Shown here: in pieces, positions 28,717 through 38,261 of the stretch
How positions within the stretch are numbered: the first letter of the stretch is position 1
Layout: every line of letters begins with the position of its first letter
Origin: Promethearchaeota archaeon
GTDB lineage: Archaea; Asgardarchaeota; Lokiarchaeia; Sigyniarchaeales; SOKP01
Reading direction: 5' to 3'
NCBI GenBank assembly: GCA_016930515.1
Contig: JAFGGO010000022.1
Coordinates: 1-52,014 of the forward strand
Length of the DNA stretch: 52,014 nt
The notes under the pieces: generated by a model
What the model was told of the DNA's origin: nothing
Databases searched by the model: none
Seen by the model: only the letters and a program-made list of their open reading frames with translations
Translations under genes and position numbers: made by a program

Positions 28717-30012
28717 ATGATAAAAGACTTAAAATCAGATTTTTCTTACGCAAAAATGGAAAAGCAAATGGCTCCGAGATCCTTGTTATCCTTGAGCGTG
28801 GTTTCCGTCTTGATGAACCTGTTCTTCATTCAAGCCATGAGGGCTTACATTCCCGGCGTTTATGTGGCCATATTTCACGTGGTATTTGGGGAGAATATAG
28901 TACCCAACATGCTGGTTCTTTTAACGCTTCTCTTCTTCTTTGTTCCCGGATTAACCGTGGTCATTTGCAAGAAGATTCAAAAACAAAAATTAATGATGGC
29001 TTCTATTTACGTGGTAGCAATCGTTCGATTGCTTGTGGCGTTCAACTTGCCCTCCCTTTGGCACGTGATATGCTGTGGGTTGATCATATCGTTTTATGGG
29101 TTTTATTTAAGCACTTTTCTTTCTCTATGGTTTAAAGAAGAAGGAGGCCATAGGGTCGAACCTGCTCATAAATTCGTCGTCTTACTTACAACCTTTACCG
29201 TTGCTTTTCTCGCCGATTACTTGATAAGAACGATAGGGTTTAGCGAAGACGTGTCTTTGGTCGCTCCCGGGTTAATCGCTGATTGGCAAGTAACGCAATA
29301 TTTTTGGCTGATCTTTCAAATCCCCTTGAGTGCATCGTGCATTTATCTTGCGTTTAAATATTTCCCGCGATTTAACAGACCAGAAATAAAGGAAGCTGAA
29401 ACATCAGAAACTCAAACGCCCTTAAAATCGTATTATTTATTGATCTTTACGGGAATGGGCGTGTTCTTGTTCCTTCAATTTAGCCTGTTTCTTTATCCTA
29501 ACGCCATTGCTCAATATACATCAACAAATTATTATCTGAATAACATCTTGAGCATTATTGCGGTCATGATCGTTGCGTGCGCGGTCGTGTTTTTTAAATT
29601 TGGATTTTTGAAAAACATCGTCCTTCAAGGCGTCCTAAACGCTTTTTTAATTCTCTCCCTGATATTATTTCTTTTTTTTGGGAAAATTACCTCCGTTCTA
29701 GCGAGCATTCTTTTCACATTCTCTCTTGTTGTAATCTACTTGGATTTTTACCTCCTTCTTGTCTTAACAACGAGAATACGGTTTAAGTGGGTTGATGTAA
29801 AGTCGATTTCCAATGCAATCACTCTAGCCTTCCTGTTTTACATATTGTTTCTCGTGCTTCACGTATTCACTACCGATTGGGCCTATACTATCGAGGCGCT
29901 TCAAGGTAAAGGTCCCTTAATCCTGCTATTGGGGGGCATCTTGCTTTCTGCCTGTTCTTTAGGTTCTATTTTTATTATGAACAAGGAAAAAAGTGGAGGT
30001 ATTGAACGATGA
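28717..30012 (+). CDS. Polytopic membrane protein, similar to the TM region of Cwh43/PGAP2IP
   Basis: About 12 TM segments; LFLVLHVFTTDWAY near the C-terminus; ATGA overlap with the EEP gene. Confidence 0.6.
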   Translation: MIKDLKSDFSYAKMEKQMAPRSLLSLSVVSVLMNLFFIQAMRAYIPGVYVAIFHVVFGENIVPNMLVLLTLLFFFVPGLTVVICKKIQKQKLMMASIYVVAIVRLLVAFNLPSLWHVICCGLIISFYGFYLSTFLSLWFKEEGGHRVEPAHKFVVLLTTFTVAFLADYLIRTIGFSEDVSLVAPGLIADWQVTQYFWLIFQIPLSASCIYLAFKYFPRFNRPEIKEAETSETQTPLKSYYLLIFTGMGVFLFLQFSLFLYPNAIAQYTSTNYYLNNILSIIAVMIVACAVVFFKFGFLKNIVLQGVLNAFLILSLILFLFFGKITSVLASILFTFSLVVIYLDFYLLLVLTTRIRFKWVDVKSISNAITLAFLFYILFLVLHVFTTDWAYTIEALQGKGPLILLLGGILLSACSLGSIFIMNKEKSGGIER

Positions 30013-30866
30013 AACGAAACAAAAAAAAAATAAAATTGATTGTATTGTTTTTCGTGCCCCTGCTGACATCGTTCGTGATGATTGGCCTGGGCGAACTTCC
30101 AAGAGCGGTTCCCCAAAAAACCGACATCAAGTTCATGACCTACAACATTCATTTTGGACAGGGTATGGACGACCTGCTCAACATGGAACGCATCGCACAG
30201 AACATTTTAACCGAGGATCCAGACATTATAGGTCTGCAAGAAGTCGAAAACGGGAGAATTACCTCTCAGGGGATTGACATGGCCTTTTGGCTCGCCAAGC
30301 GATTGAACATGCATTATTTCTATTACCCTGCCGTGAACAATCACGCGTTCGGAGTTGCCATTTTAAGCAAGTTTCCCATCAAGAGCGCCAGTGGTACCCA
30401 AATACCTGCTCTACTTCAAGAACGAGTGCTTCTACACGCAATCATCGAGCTCAGCTCCTCGCTTGACATTGACGTTTTTGTAACTCATCTCGGAATTCGA
30501 GAAGAAAATAATTCCGCTCAAGTAGATTACGTGCTTGAGGCTATTCGAGCCCAGACTCATGCTCGACCGAAAGTGCTTATGGGCGATTTCAATCTCAACC
30601 AATCTACCGAGGAGATCCAAAGAATTTCGAACAATTCCCTAATTAATATGACGAATACTGGCGCTCCATACGATACTGGTGAATATACCTTCCCCAGCTA
30701 CCCACCAGATGCAATTTCAGAGGGAGTCATCGATTACATCTTCGCAACGAATTGTACCATCGTTGGGGGACGTGGTCGAATAATTGATAGTTTTGTACCG
30801 GGAAACACTGCCGCCGAATTTGGTTCCGATCACCGACCTTATGTGGCGACCCTGAGATTTAAATGA
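30009..30866 (+). CDS. Membrane-anchored endonuclease/exonuclease/phosphatase (EEP) domain protein, Cwh43 C-terminal-like
   Basis: N-terminal TM, MTYNIHFG, DIIGLQE, ILSKFPI, THL, MGDFN, IDYIF, SDHRP. Confidence 0.85.
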   Translation: MKRNKKKIKLIVLFFVPLLTSFVMIGLGELPRAVPQKTDIKFMTYNIHFGQGMDDLLNMERIAQNILTEDPDIIGLQEVENGRITSQGIDMAFWLAKRLNMHYFYYPAVNNHAFGVAILSKFPIKSASGTQIPALLQERVLLHAIIELSSSLDIDVFVTHLGIREENNSAQVDYVLEAIRAQTHARPKVLMGDFNLNQSTEEIQRISNNSLINMTNTGAPYDTGEYTFPSYPPDAISEGVIDYIFATNCTIVGGRGRIIDSFVPGNTAAEFGSDHRPYVATLRFK

Positions 30867-31380
30867 AATTACAGAAAAAATCAACCTTCAATCTATTAAA
30901 TCAATAATTTTTTTTAACCGTTTTAAACTTAACATGAATTAGAGAATAAAAATGGAAAATAAAGAATTAATTGTTGGGATATTAGGCTTAGTGGAAGGGG
31001 CACTCGCCTTAGATAAAGGATTTCTCTAACATAACTCTCTTATTTTTTAACTATATTTATTGGTTAAAAGGTCTGCATTTGAGTTTCATCAATACTCCTT
31101 CCGTGGTTTTGTTGTCTTATCAATGGTTTCTTATTTATCTTGTTCTTTCCCTATCCGCCTGAAATTAATCTAATCTTTTTCTTCAGACAATATTTTTCGA
31201 TTCTTATCTTATTGATATCTTGGTATAAATTGAATAATTAATTCACTTGATTGAAGTTATTAATAATTTTATACGGGATCGATTTTTTGAGAAAATAGAA
31301 GCGTTATGTAAGGTCATGGAATGAAAATCGAAATGTTCTTAATTTAAATATCATTTTATAAGATTAAGAGGTAATGTGTC

Positions 31381-31803
31381 ATGAACGATACTGGCAAGGA
31401 TATGGAACAGCACGAGTTAGATGTTATCCGCATGAGAAAGATGAAAGCGTTGATGGATGCTCAAAAAAGGAGTCAAGCGGTTCAAGAGCGAACTGTTACG
31501 ATTTTCGAAAAGGCAGATCAGATCTTGAGGGCCGTGCTCGCTCCAGACGCTTACGCCCGTCTCTTAGCGCTTAAGGAAAACGAACCTACCGTGTATCAGC
31601 ATATTTTTAACGAGCTCATCAGCCCTGATGTGTTACAAAACATGGATTACCTGCTCTCGATCGTGGCTCGAGGCCCCTTGCCGAGAAGAATCCCGTTGGA
31701 CGTGATCATCATGCTCGAACGCAAGATAAAGGGTATTAAAAGCACGATCCAGGTCAAGCGCGGGGACGAAACGCTCGATTTAGGGTCCTACTTGACGAAA
31801 TAG
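31381..31803 (+). CDS. PDCD5-like dsDNA-binding protein
   Basis: ELDVIRMRKM...ILRAVLAPDAYARL pattern; SD GAGGT upstream. Confidence 0.65.
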   Translation: MNDTGKDMEQHELDVIRMRKMKALMDAQKRSQAVQERTVTIFEKADQILRAVLAPDAYARLLALKENEPTVYQHIFNELISPDVLQNMDYLLSIVARGPLPRRIPLDVIIMLERKIKGIKSTIQVKRGDETLDLGSYLTK

Positions 31804-31917
31804 CGAATTATTTACCCATTATATAAAATAATAAGGTTCTAATAACATCGATTCTAATTTATATTTTTCACTATCAACCAATAAAATTCAATCAATTAAT
31901 TTGAACGCACCAAGGGA

Positions 31918-32922
31918 ATGCCAACAACAAGCGAACACGAGCGGAATTTCATAAGCACTCGAGATTGGAACAAGGCAGACCTCGATCGGCTTCTTAACTT
32001 GGCTAAAGACATGAAGCAAAATCCAAGTAAATATCGAAATGCTCTGGATGGTAAGAGCTTGTGCATGTTTTTTTACAATCCCTCGACGCGAACGAGAAAT
32101 TCCACGGAGATCGCGGCTTATCAACTGGGCATGCATCCAACGTTCAATAGCATAAAGGATTCCTGGGTGGGATACAATTCCGAATCCATCAAGGACACGG
32201 CGATCGTACTCTCGCGCTATTTTGACGCCATTGGCATTCGCATATTCCCCGTTGCCGTTGACTGGAAATATAAGGAAGGCAACAGGATTCTAAGGGAATT
32301 CGCTAAGTGGTCGACCGTGCCTATCATCAACTTTGAGGACGATCAGTATCACCCCTTGCAGGCCCTCAACGACATCTTTACCATCAAGGAAAAGAAAGAG
32401 AAGTCCGAAGGTAAAAAAATCGTCATATCGTGGGCTTACCATCCGAAACCACTTCCTTTAAGCGTTCCCAATTCAACGGTGCTTGCCACGACCCTATACG
32501 GCATGGATGTCACCTTGGCTCACCCTAAAAATTTCGAGTTAGACGACGAGATAATGTTAGCCGCTAAAAACAACGCCAAGAAATCGGGAGGTACGCTCAC
32601 GATTTCACACGACATCGAAGAGGCTTATCAGGACGCTGACGTGATCTACGCAAAAAGTTGGGGATCAATTCAGCAGTACGGTAAACCGAAGGAAGAAAAA
32701 GCATTGAGGACGCCGTATCGAGACGAATGGTGCGTGAGCGAAAAGCACATGGCGCTCACCAAACCCGATTCCGTGTTCATGCACTGCTTGCCGATCAGGC
32801 GCAATATCGTGGCAAAGGACGAGGTCGTGGACGGCAAGCACTCGATCGTTTACGATCAAGCAGAGAATCGACTCTATACCGTGAAAGCACTTTTATACGA
32901 TTTATTAAGTTCAACAATGTAA
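31918..32922 (+). CDS. argF: N-acetylornithine (or N-succinylornithine) carbamoyltransferase
   Basis: PSTRTR, HPLQAL, diagnostic SWAYHPKPLP loop, HCLPIRRN, QAENR. Confidence 0.85.
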   Translation: MPTTSEHERNFISTRDWNKADLDRLLNLAKDMKQNPSKYRNALDGKSLCMFFYNPSTRTRNSTEIAAYQLGMHPTFNSIKDSWVGYNSESIKDTAIVLSRYFDAIGIRIFPVAVDWKYKEGNRILREFAKWSTVPIINFEDDQYHPLQALNDIFTIKEKKEKSEGKKIVISWAYHPKPLPLSVPNSTVLATTLYGMDVTLAHPKNFELDDEIMLAAKNNAKKSGGTLTISHDIEEAYQDADVIYAKSWGSIQQYGKPKEEKALRTPYRDEWCVSEKHMALTKPDSVFMHCLPIRRNIVAKDEVVDGKHSIVYDQAENRLYTVKALLYDLLSSTM

Positions 32923-33036
32923 ATCGATTTTCTCTCAATGTGTTTTAGTAGAATAGTAGAATAGTTGATTTTCATTTTAAAATTTAGGATTTAATTTTTA
33001 CACACAAAATCTAATCTAAATTTTAAATGATGTTTG

Positions 33037-33678
33037 TTATTGTTCCCGCCCCGATATCACGGCGATGACCTCTTTTTCTCCGTCCGGAAGCTCTTCCAAG
33101 TCAATGTTGGAAAATTGGAACGCAAACGGCCGCTGGAAGATCTCTTCCACGAGCGGTGCGAAGGAGCTGATGGAAAAGATAAGGAGTCTTTTCACGACGC
33201 CATCCACATTTCCGTCTATGTTTAGTTCCTTCATGACTTGCTCTATTGCCTCGATTTCCTTCTTGTTGTAATGATACTTGTAAACCAGCTTGAAGTCCAC
33301 TGGTGTAGGCGCTTCCGGGTCTTCGAGGGATAAGCCCCGTTTTCTAAAGGGGAAGATGGTATTGAGCAGGAAGGTAAATATCTCCTCGTAATGATCCCTG
33401 AGGAGATGAGAGATGCGGGACTGGGCCTGGTACTGTGGCCAGTGACTTTTCATGATTTCAAGGAGCTTGGGATAATTCTTGTACTTTCGGGAACTGTCTT
33501 TTTGAAGCGAATTCACGAGCGAATTTTTAAGCGGCTTGAACTCGCTTTCTTTTCCTATTCGAATGAGAAATTTTACAAAATTGATCGACATTGCTTTCGA
33601 TATCCCAAGTAATTCTATTTTAACTTCGGCAAACCAGTATTTTTTTGAAAGTAATATTCTTATAATATTATTTCTCAT
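33037..33678 (-). CDS. Hypothetical protein, possibly the 3' remnant of a longer decayed gene
   Basis: 213-aa ORF; the frame stays open about 34 codons upstream of the ATG before in-frame TAGs. Confidence 0.5.
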   Translation of the reverse strand: MRNNIIRILLSKKYWFAEVKIELLGISKAMSINFVKFLIRIGKESEFKPLKNSLVNSLQKDSSRKYKNYPKLLEIMKSHWPQYQAQSRISHLLRDHYEEIFTFLLNTIFPFRKRGLSLEDPEAPTPVDFKLVYKYHYNKKEIEAIEQVMKELNIDGNVDGVVKRLLIFSISSFAPLVEEIFQRPFAFQFSNIDLEELPDGEKEVIAVISGREQ

Positions 33679-34062
33679 ATTTAATTTTACTTCTGCTTTT
33701 TGGTCGAAAGCGCGCTCATAAAAATTCGTGGTCGCCAGTTGGGAACAACATGATTGATAATTCGATGCATGAGAACGAGAAAGCTACAAATCTTTAAACC
33801 ATTTTTTCTAAAACGAAAACATTCTTAAAAATCAAGATAATTTCTTCTTTCCATGGTTCCAAAACGAGTCAATACCTATATAAAATCACGCCATGTTATC
33901 TGTATTAGTACACGTGTTCTAGATTATTAACAAGCTAATAATGCAAATATTGGTGATTCAATCCGTTGAGTGATCACTAATTTTTCACACTACTGCATGA
34001 TATGTCAATTTTTTCCAATGACAAAAGAGAAAAGCTTATTAACTATCCGGATAATTTATTAT

Positions 34063-34228
34063 ACAATAAAAATCGGATAATGCATGATGACCAAATATAT
34101 TCTTATACCTAAGACCGATATAATTCGGTGGAATACCTCAACCCTTAACCCTGTTATTAGATAAAACATCTCCTCTTTTTAATAAATTTCGTCGTGTCTT
34201 CCGATTTTTGTTCTCATCCTTTTTCTTA
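34063..34228 (+). ncRNA. Candidate ~150-nt structured non-coding RNA (alternatively a decayed MITE)
   Basis: 5'/3' closing stems with strand-specific G-U pairs, upstream BRE/TATA-like GAAAAGCTTATTAA (34029-34042), downstream T-tract. Confidence 0.4.
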
Positions 34229-34393
34229 TAATCTTGTTAATATATATATTTTCTATTTTTATTTCATGCTCCAAATTAGCATCTATTTCCAGAATTAATC
34301 ATGTTTTAATGATTTGAGTTATACCTACAAAAATAGACGCTTATAAATTAAACGAAAATTTAAGGTAAAAACATCAATATATAACTTTTCCTT

Positions 34394-34762
34394 TTATACA
34401 AAAAAAATTGCACCAATAATCCCAACAATCATTGATACTAAACCAAAAAAAAATAAGGTTTCAAAATAGATCCATTTCACTTTATTATCATTGGTCACTG
34501 TCATTGCTTTTGTTAATTGAATCAAATTCCCTATCAGTCTTTTCCTCGCCTTATTTAATTCCTCCTTGTGAATTTTAGTAATTATCTTTTCCAAATCAAA
34601 TTTCATGCCTCTCATTAATCGCATGCTAAGCAATAGCAACAAGATTGAGGTATTAAATAAGCACAACGAAATTATCAAAATCCACTTAACGAATATTGGG
34701 ATGTTTCCTTGATTTTCGTTATCAAAAATAAACAAGAAATAGGAATCTTTCTGCAAAAACAT
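34394..34762 (-). CDS. Hypothetical 2-TM membrane protein
   Basis: Two hydrophobic segments flanking a charged helix; may be N-terminally truncated. Confidence 0.5.
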   Translation of the reverse strand: MFLQKDSYFLFIFDNENQGNIPIFVKWILIISLCLFNTSILLLLLSMRLMRGMKFDLEKIITKIHKEELNKARKRLIGNLIQLTKAMTVTNDNKVKWIYFETLFFFGLVSMIVGIIGAIFFV

Positions 34763-34869
34763 TGATTACTTTCTGGGTTTAAATTTGAAATGGAATTCTT
34801 ATCACATTATATTATAGACATGAAAAATAACTCGGGCACTATAAATTACATAATACATGTTACTCTATA

Positions 34870-35988
34870 ATGACTCTCGAATTAAAACTATTAAAAATCC
34901 AACAAATCGAAGAATTCAATCGCGTTGATGGTCTGCTGGTCTCCAAGCCAGAAAATATTTTATATTTTTTAGGATTTAAAATCGAAAGCGAATCGTTGCT
35001 ATTCGTTCCAAATAGGGAAAAAAAACAATCGGGTAACAAGCTGTTATTGTTTTTAAGCGCGCTCGAATACGACCAAGTTAAGCATAACATTGAAAATTCT
35101 GAAGATCTCGCAAATAACGTGAAACTGAAATTAATTCCTCCTGGCAATCAAGGATATGTCGCAAATACGATAAAAAGATTAAAATTAAATCGGATCGGTT
35201 TTGAAGAAGAGCACGTGTCATTTAAGAGATATGTAGAATGGAAAGAAAAATTCAAAATTCATCGCTTGGTTGAGTTTTCTAACGCGATCAATACGGTTCG
35301 GGCTACAAAAACTCCCGAAGAAGTCGAAAGGATCAAAAAGGCCGCTTATTTGGCTGATATTGGGTTTCAAACAATTTATAAAAACCTTTCGAGTGGAATG
35401 ACGGAAAAAGAAATAGCAGCCGAAGCAGAATACGAGATGAGAAAAAAAGGTTCTGAAGGGACTTCTTTTGACACTATCGTTGCCACGGGCGAGAAAACCT
35501 GTTATCCGCATGCGAGCACGGGAGAACGAGAAATTAAGGAAGGAGACATGGTCTTGGTAGATATTGGTGCAAAATACGAGGGATATTGCTCGGACATGTC
35601 GAGAACATTCGTGTTTGGAACCCAAGATAACGATAAAGTTGATCTGATTGGAATAGTTAACGAAGCAGAGCAAGTTGCTCTCGATTCTTTGGAAATTGGT
35701 ATTGAATGTCGCCAAATAGATAAAATTACTCGAGATTTCTTTAGCAGCAAAAGGCCTAAATGGGCTTCTCGGTTCCTCCATAGTTTAGGGCATGGTGTGG
35801 GCGTGGAAATACACGAAAAGCCTTTCTTATCTCCCATATCCCAAGAGATTCTCGAAGAGGGAATGATATTTACTATTGAACCTGGACTATATGTGCCTGG
35901 CTTGGGTGGCGCTCGAACGGAAGATCTCGTTGAATTAAAAAACTCTGGATTCGTATCTTTAAGTCAATCAGAAAAATGGTATTCTTAA
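34870..35988 (+). CDS. pepQ: Xaa-Pro aminopeptidase / prolidase (M24B)
   Basis: DIGAKYEGYCSDMSRT, HSLGHGVGVEIHE, TIEPGLY, GARTED. Confidence 0.9.
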   Translation: MTLELKLLKIQQIEEFNRVDGLLVSKPENILYFLGFKIESESLLFVPNREKKQSGNKLLLFLSALEYDQVKHNIENSEDLANNVKLKLIPPGNQGYVANTIKRLKLNRIGFEEEHVSFKRYVEWKEKFKIHRLVEFSNAINTVRATKTPEEVERIKKAAYLADIGFQTIYKNLSSGMTEKEIAAEAEYEMRKKGSEGTSFDTIVATGEKTCYPHASTGEREIKEGDMVLVDIGAKYEGYCSDMSRTFVFGTQDNDKVDLIGIVNEAEQVALDSLEIGIECRQIDKITRDFFSSKRPKWASRFLHSLGHGVGVEIHEKPFLSPISQEILEEGMIFTIEPGLYVPGLGGARTEDLVELKNSGFVSLSQSEKWYS

Positions 35989-36057
35989 ATTTTAAAAAAG
36001 CTAAATCTATTATTAATTAAAAAATAAAACAAAAAATTCACCTCATCGGGACTTAAA

Positions 36058-36498
36058 ATGAACATAAAATTATCAACGGGAATGGAAGTACAGTTTGAAG
36101 AACAGAATCCAAAAACCTTGTTCGAATTGATGATCAGCGAGATTCTCATACCAAAATACAAGGAAAACAAGGATTGGAACCTCACGTTGCTTATCGTCAT
36201 TGAAGAGATGAATAGGCTCATATCTAAATACGATCTCAGCCCCAAGCTGAAGTTAGGCCTTTTAAACGATATAGAAGAACACCTGGATAAAGACATCGAA
36301 GAACTCACGGGGGTTGCCAAGATAGAGATCTTGTTCATAAACATGGAGGATTATGTGGAGGACATTAAAAAACTCATCCTTTCTGGGGCAGACAAGCAAG
36401 AATTGAGGAATAGCATGGCAAGACTCGTACAACCTCTCACGCTTTTTGAATTAGGAGAATTATTTATTTTCCTAGGAAAAAGAGCATTTTTGAAATAA
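36058..36498 (+). CDS. Hypothetical all-helical protein
   Basis: 146-aa ORF with coding-like composition and a downstream T-tract; no recognised motif. Confidence 0.65.
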   Translation: MNIKLSTGMEVQFEEQNPKTLFELMISEILIPKYKENKDWNLTLLIVIEEMNRLISKYDLSPKLKLGLLNDIEEHLDKDIEELTGVAKIEILFINMEDYVEDIKKLILSGADKQELRNSMARLVQPLTLFELGELFIFLGKRAFLK

Positions 36499-36626
36499 GT
36501 TCTTGCTTACAGAGATAATTTTCTTTTTTAATTTTCATTCTTTTGTTAATACCTGTAACTCAACAAGAGTATTCCTTCTATTGATTCGATCTAAGCACAT
36601 GGAAGGATTGGTTAACTAATTTCTAT

Positions 36627-37421
36627 TTAAACAGTTATATCTTTCGAGCCCTTGAATAAAAACTTAAAAAAATCTCTGACAATGGGTCCAAAACCTATAT
36701 AATCCGTGTAGATACCAAAATACACGTTTTTTCTCAATTGCTTTTGAGAAATTACGACAAACGCGTTAGAACCACCATCAATCACGACAATATTTGCAAA
36801 AAGCTTTTTTTGTGTTTTGATTTCTAAAACTTCACTGTAAGTCTCGTATAAATTTTTTATATCGTCTTTTTCCAATAATTCGTCTTCTATGATTAATTTG
36901 ATTTCCTTCATGCCTCGCATTCTCCTGGCCTTAATATTATCTTGTATTGCTTCAAAGAATTCTGGTTCCGAACAAGATATATATAAGGAACTTCTAGCTT
37001 TTTGAACTAGATCTAAGATTTTATTGAGGCAGGCGTTAATTCCGGCGTGGACGTAAAGTGGAACCTTTAAAGGCACGTCGTGAGAATGATAGGCTTGGTT
37101 TAAGGCTTGAATTATGTTTTCGGAATGGTTTTCAAATGTTTCTTTATATTTTCTTTTTGAAATAATAAGGGCTTCTTCAGGGCTTTTAGCAAAATATCTA
37201 GAAGGTCTCGAATCTTCTTCTTTGATGATCCACATTTTTTCTTTTTCGAGGTGCGTTAGCACATTATACACGCGAGAGTATGGGACTCCTGATGCTTCCG
37301 ATAATTCTCTTGCGTCCATTGGTCCTCTAGAAATAAGGGTTAAATAAATTGAAATCTCGTAATCTGTGAATCCCAATGCTTTTAAACTTAATTTTACGCT
37401 CTCAGGAATCTCGTTAGACAA
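36627..37421 (-). CDS. TrmB family transcriptional regulator
   Basis: LGFTDYEISIYLTL...ELSEASGVPYSRVYNVL wHTH; TTG start. Confidence 0.9.
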   Translation of the reverse strand: MSNEIPESVKLSLKALGFTDYEISIYLTLISRGPMDARELSEASGVPYSRVYNVLTHLEKEKMWIIKEEDSRPSRYFAKSPEEALIISKRKYKETFENHSENIIQALNQAYHSHDVPLKVPLYVHAGINACLNKILDLVQKARSSLYISCSEPEFFEAIQDNIKARRMRGMKEIKLIIEDELLEKDDIKNLYETYSEVLEIKTQKKLFANIVVIDGGSNAFVVISQKQLRKNVYFGIYTDYIGFGPIVRDFFKFLFKGSKDITV

Positions 37422-37733
37422 TTTATATTCGCACGCTTCTTGAAATTAGTATCCATTCTTTCTTTAAAAGTATTAATTTTTCTAACCTAATAAAAGCGCT
37501 GAAAATAATAGGATTAATACTCATCTAAGACTTTGAATATTTTTCTGAATTTTCTAATAAGAGAAGTAATATACTTTTCTGATAGATTATTCCTAAAATC
37601 AATTGGTGTTTTAATATCATTTATCATTGTATAAAAAACAAAAAGTTATATTAACAAATTAATAAATTCTCTCATGGTTCAGTAAAGTTTTCTTCTGTCT
37701 AATTTCTAAAACACGACAAAAATGTTTTTTTCG

Positions 37734-37754
37734 AAAATTTCGACGCGAAATTTT
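37734..37754. promoter_or_regulatory. Inverted repeat in the TrmB/Lrp divergent intergenic region, candidate operator
   Basis: AAAATTTCG-ACG-CGAAATTTT, perfect 9-bp arms. Confidence 0.45.
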
Positions 37755-37841
37755 GATAACACCATGGCAAAATTTAATAATTCTGAGTGATATTATTAAT
37801 TATATAGGCAATTATTAGCAAAGAAGGATATTATCATTACG

Positions 37842-38261
37842 ATGGATGTTATTGATTTAAAAATTCTGGAAGAATTAAAAGAGAATTCGCGAATCTCTTT
37901 TAACGACATTTCAGAACGAGTGGGAAAAACGGAAGCAACCGTAAGGAGAAGAGTTAAGAAATTATGCGAAGATGGCATAATTAAGAAATTCACTATTGAT
38001 TATTCCATTAACTCTAAACCTCAAACTCGAGCAACAGTTAAGATTGAACCAGACTTCAAGGAAATTAAAAGGATCTTAAAAGAACTTAGAGATATCGATG
38101 AGATCACGGATATTTGGCGGTTATCGGGAGATTGCGGTCTTTTCATGAAAGTTGAAATACCCTCAATTGAACAATTTAATCCTTTAATCGAGGAAAAAAT
38201 CAGCCAAATCAAGGGCATTAAAATCGTTGAAACATGTTTTATCACGGATATCATCAAATAA
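37842..38261 (+). CDS. Lrp/AsnC family transcriptional regulator
   Basis: MDVIDLKILEELKENSRISF...TVRRRVKKL...GII; C-terminal RAM domain. Confidence 0.92.
   Translation: MDVIDLKILEELKENSRISFNDISERVGKTEATVRRRVKKLCEDGIIKKFTIDYSINSKPQTRATVKIEPDFKEIKRILKELRDIDEITDIWRLSGDCGLFMKVEIPSIEQFNPLIEEKISQIKGIKIVETCFITDIIK

Noticed and set aside
30984-31009. Hairpin as a fluoride or other known riboswitch
   Set aside because: The consensus nucleotides and pseudoknot partner were not found, and there is no suitable downstream gene
33780-33830. In-frame TAG codons upstream of the 213-aa ORF as pyrrolysine readthrough
   Set aside because: TAG is used as a true stop by several clear genes here (15644, 31803, 39969, 44963); gene decay is the simpler explanation
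34082-34095. ATGATGA as a C box or SECIS core
   Set aside because: No D box (CTGA) at the 3' end, the motif is fully base-paired in the predicted stem, and no adjacent gene has an in-frame TGA
34139-34152. AACCCTTAACCCT as evidence of a telomerase-like RNA template
   Set aside because: Only two 6-nt units and no reverse transcriptase in the window; kept as a note within the ncRNA finding, not as a claim
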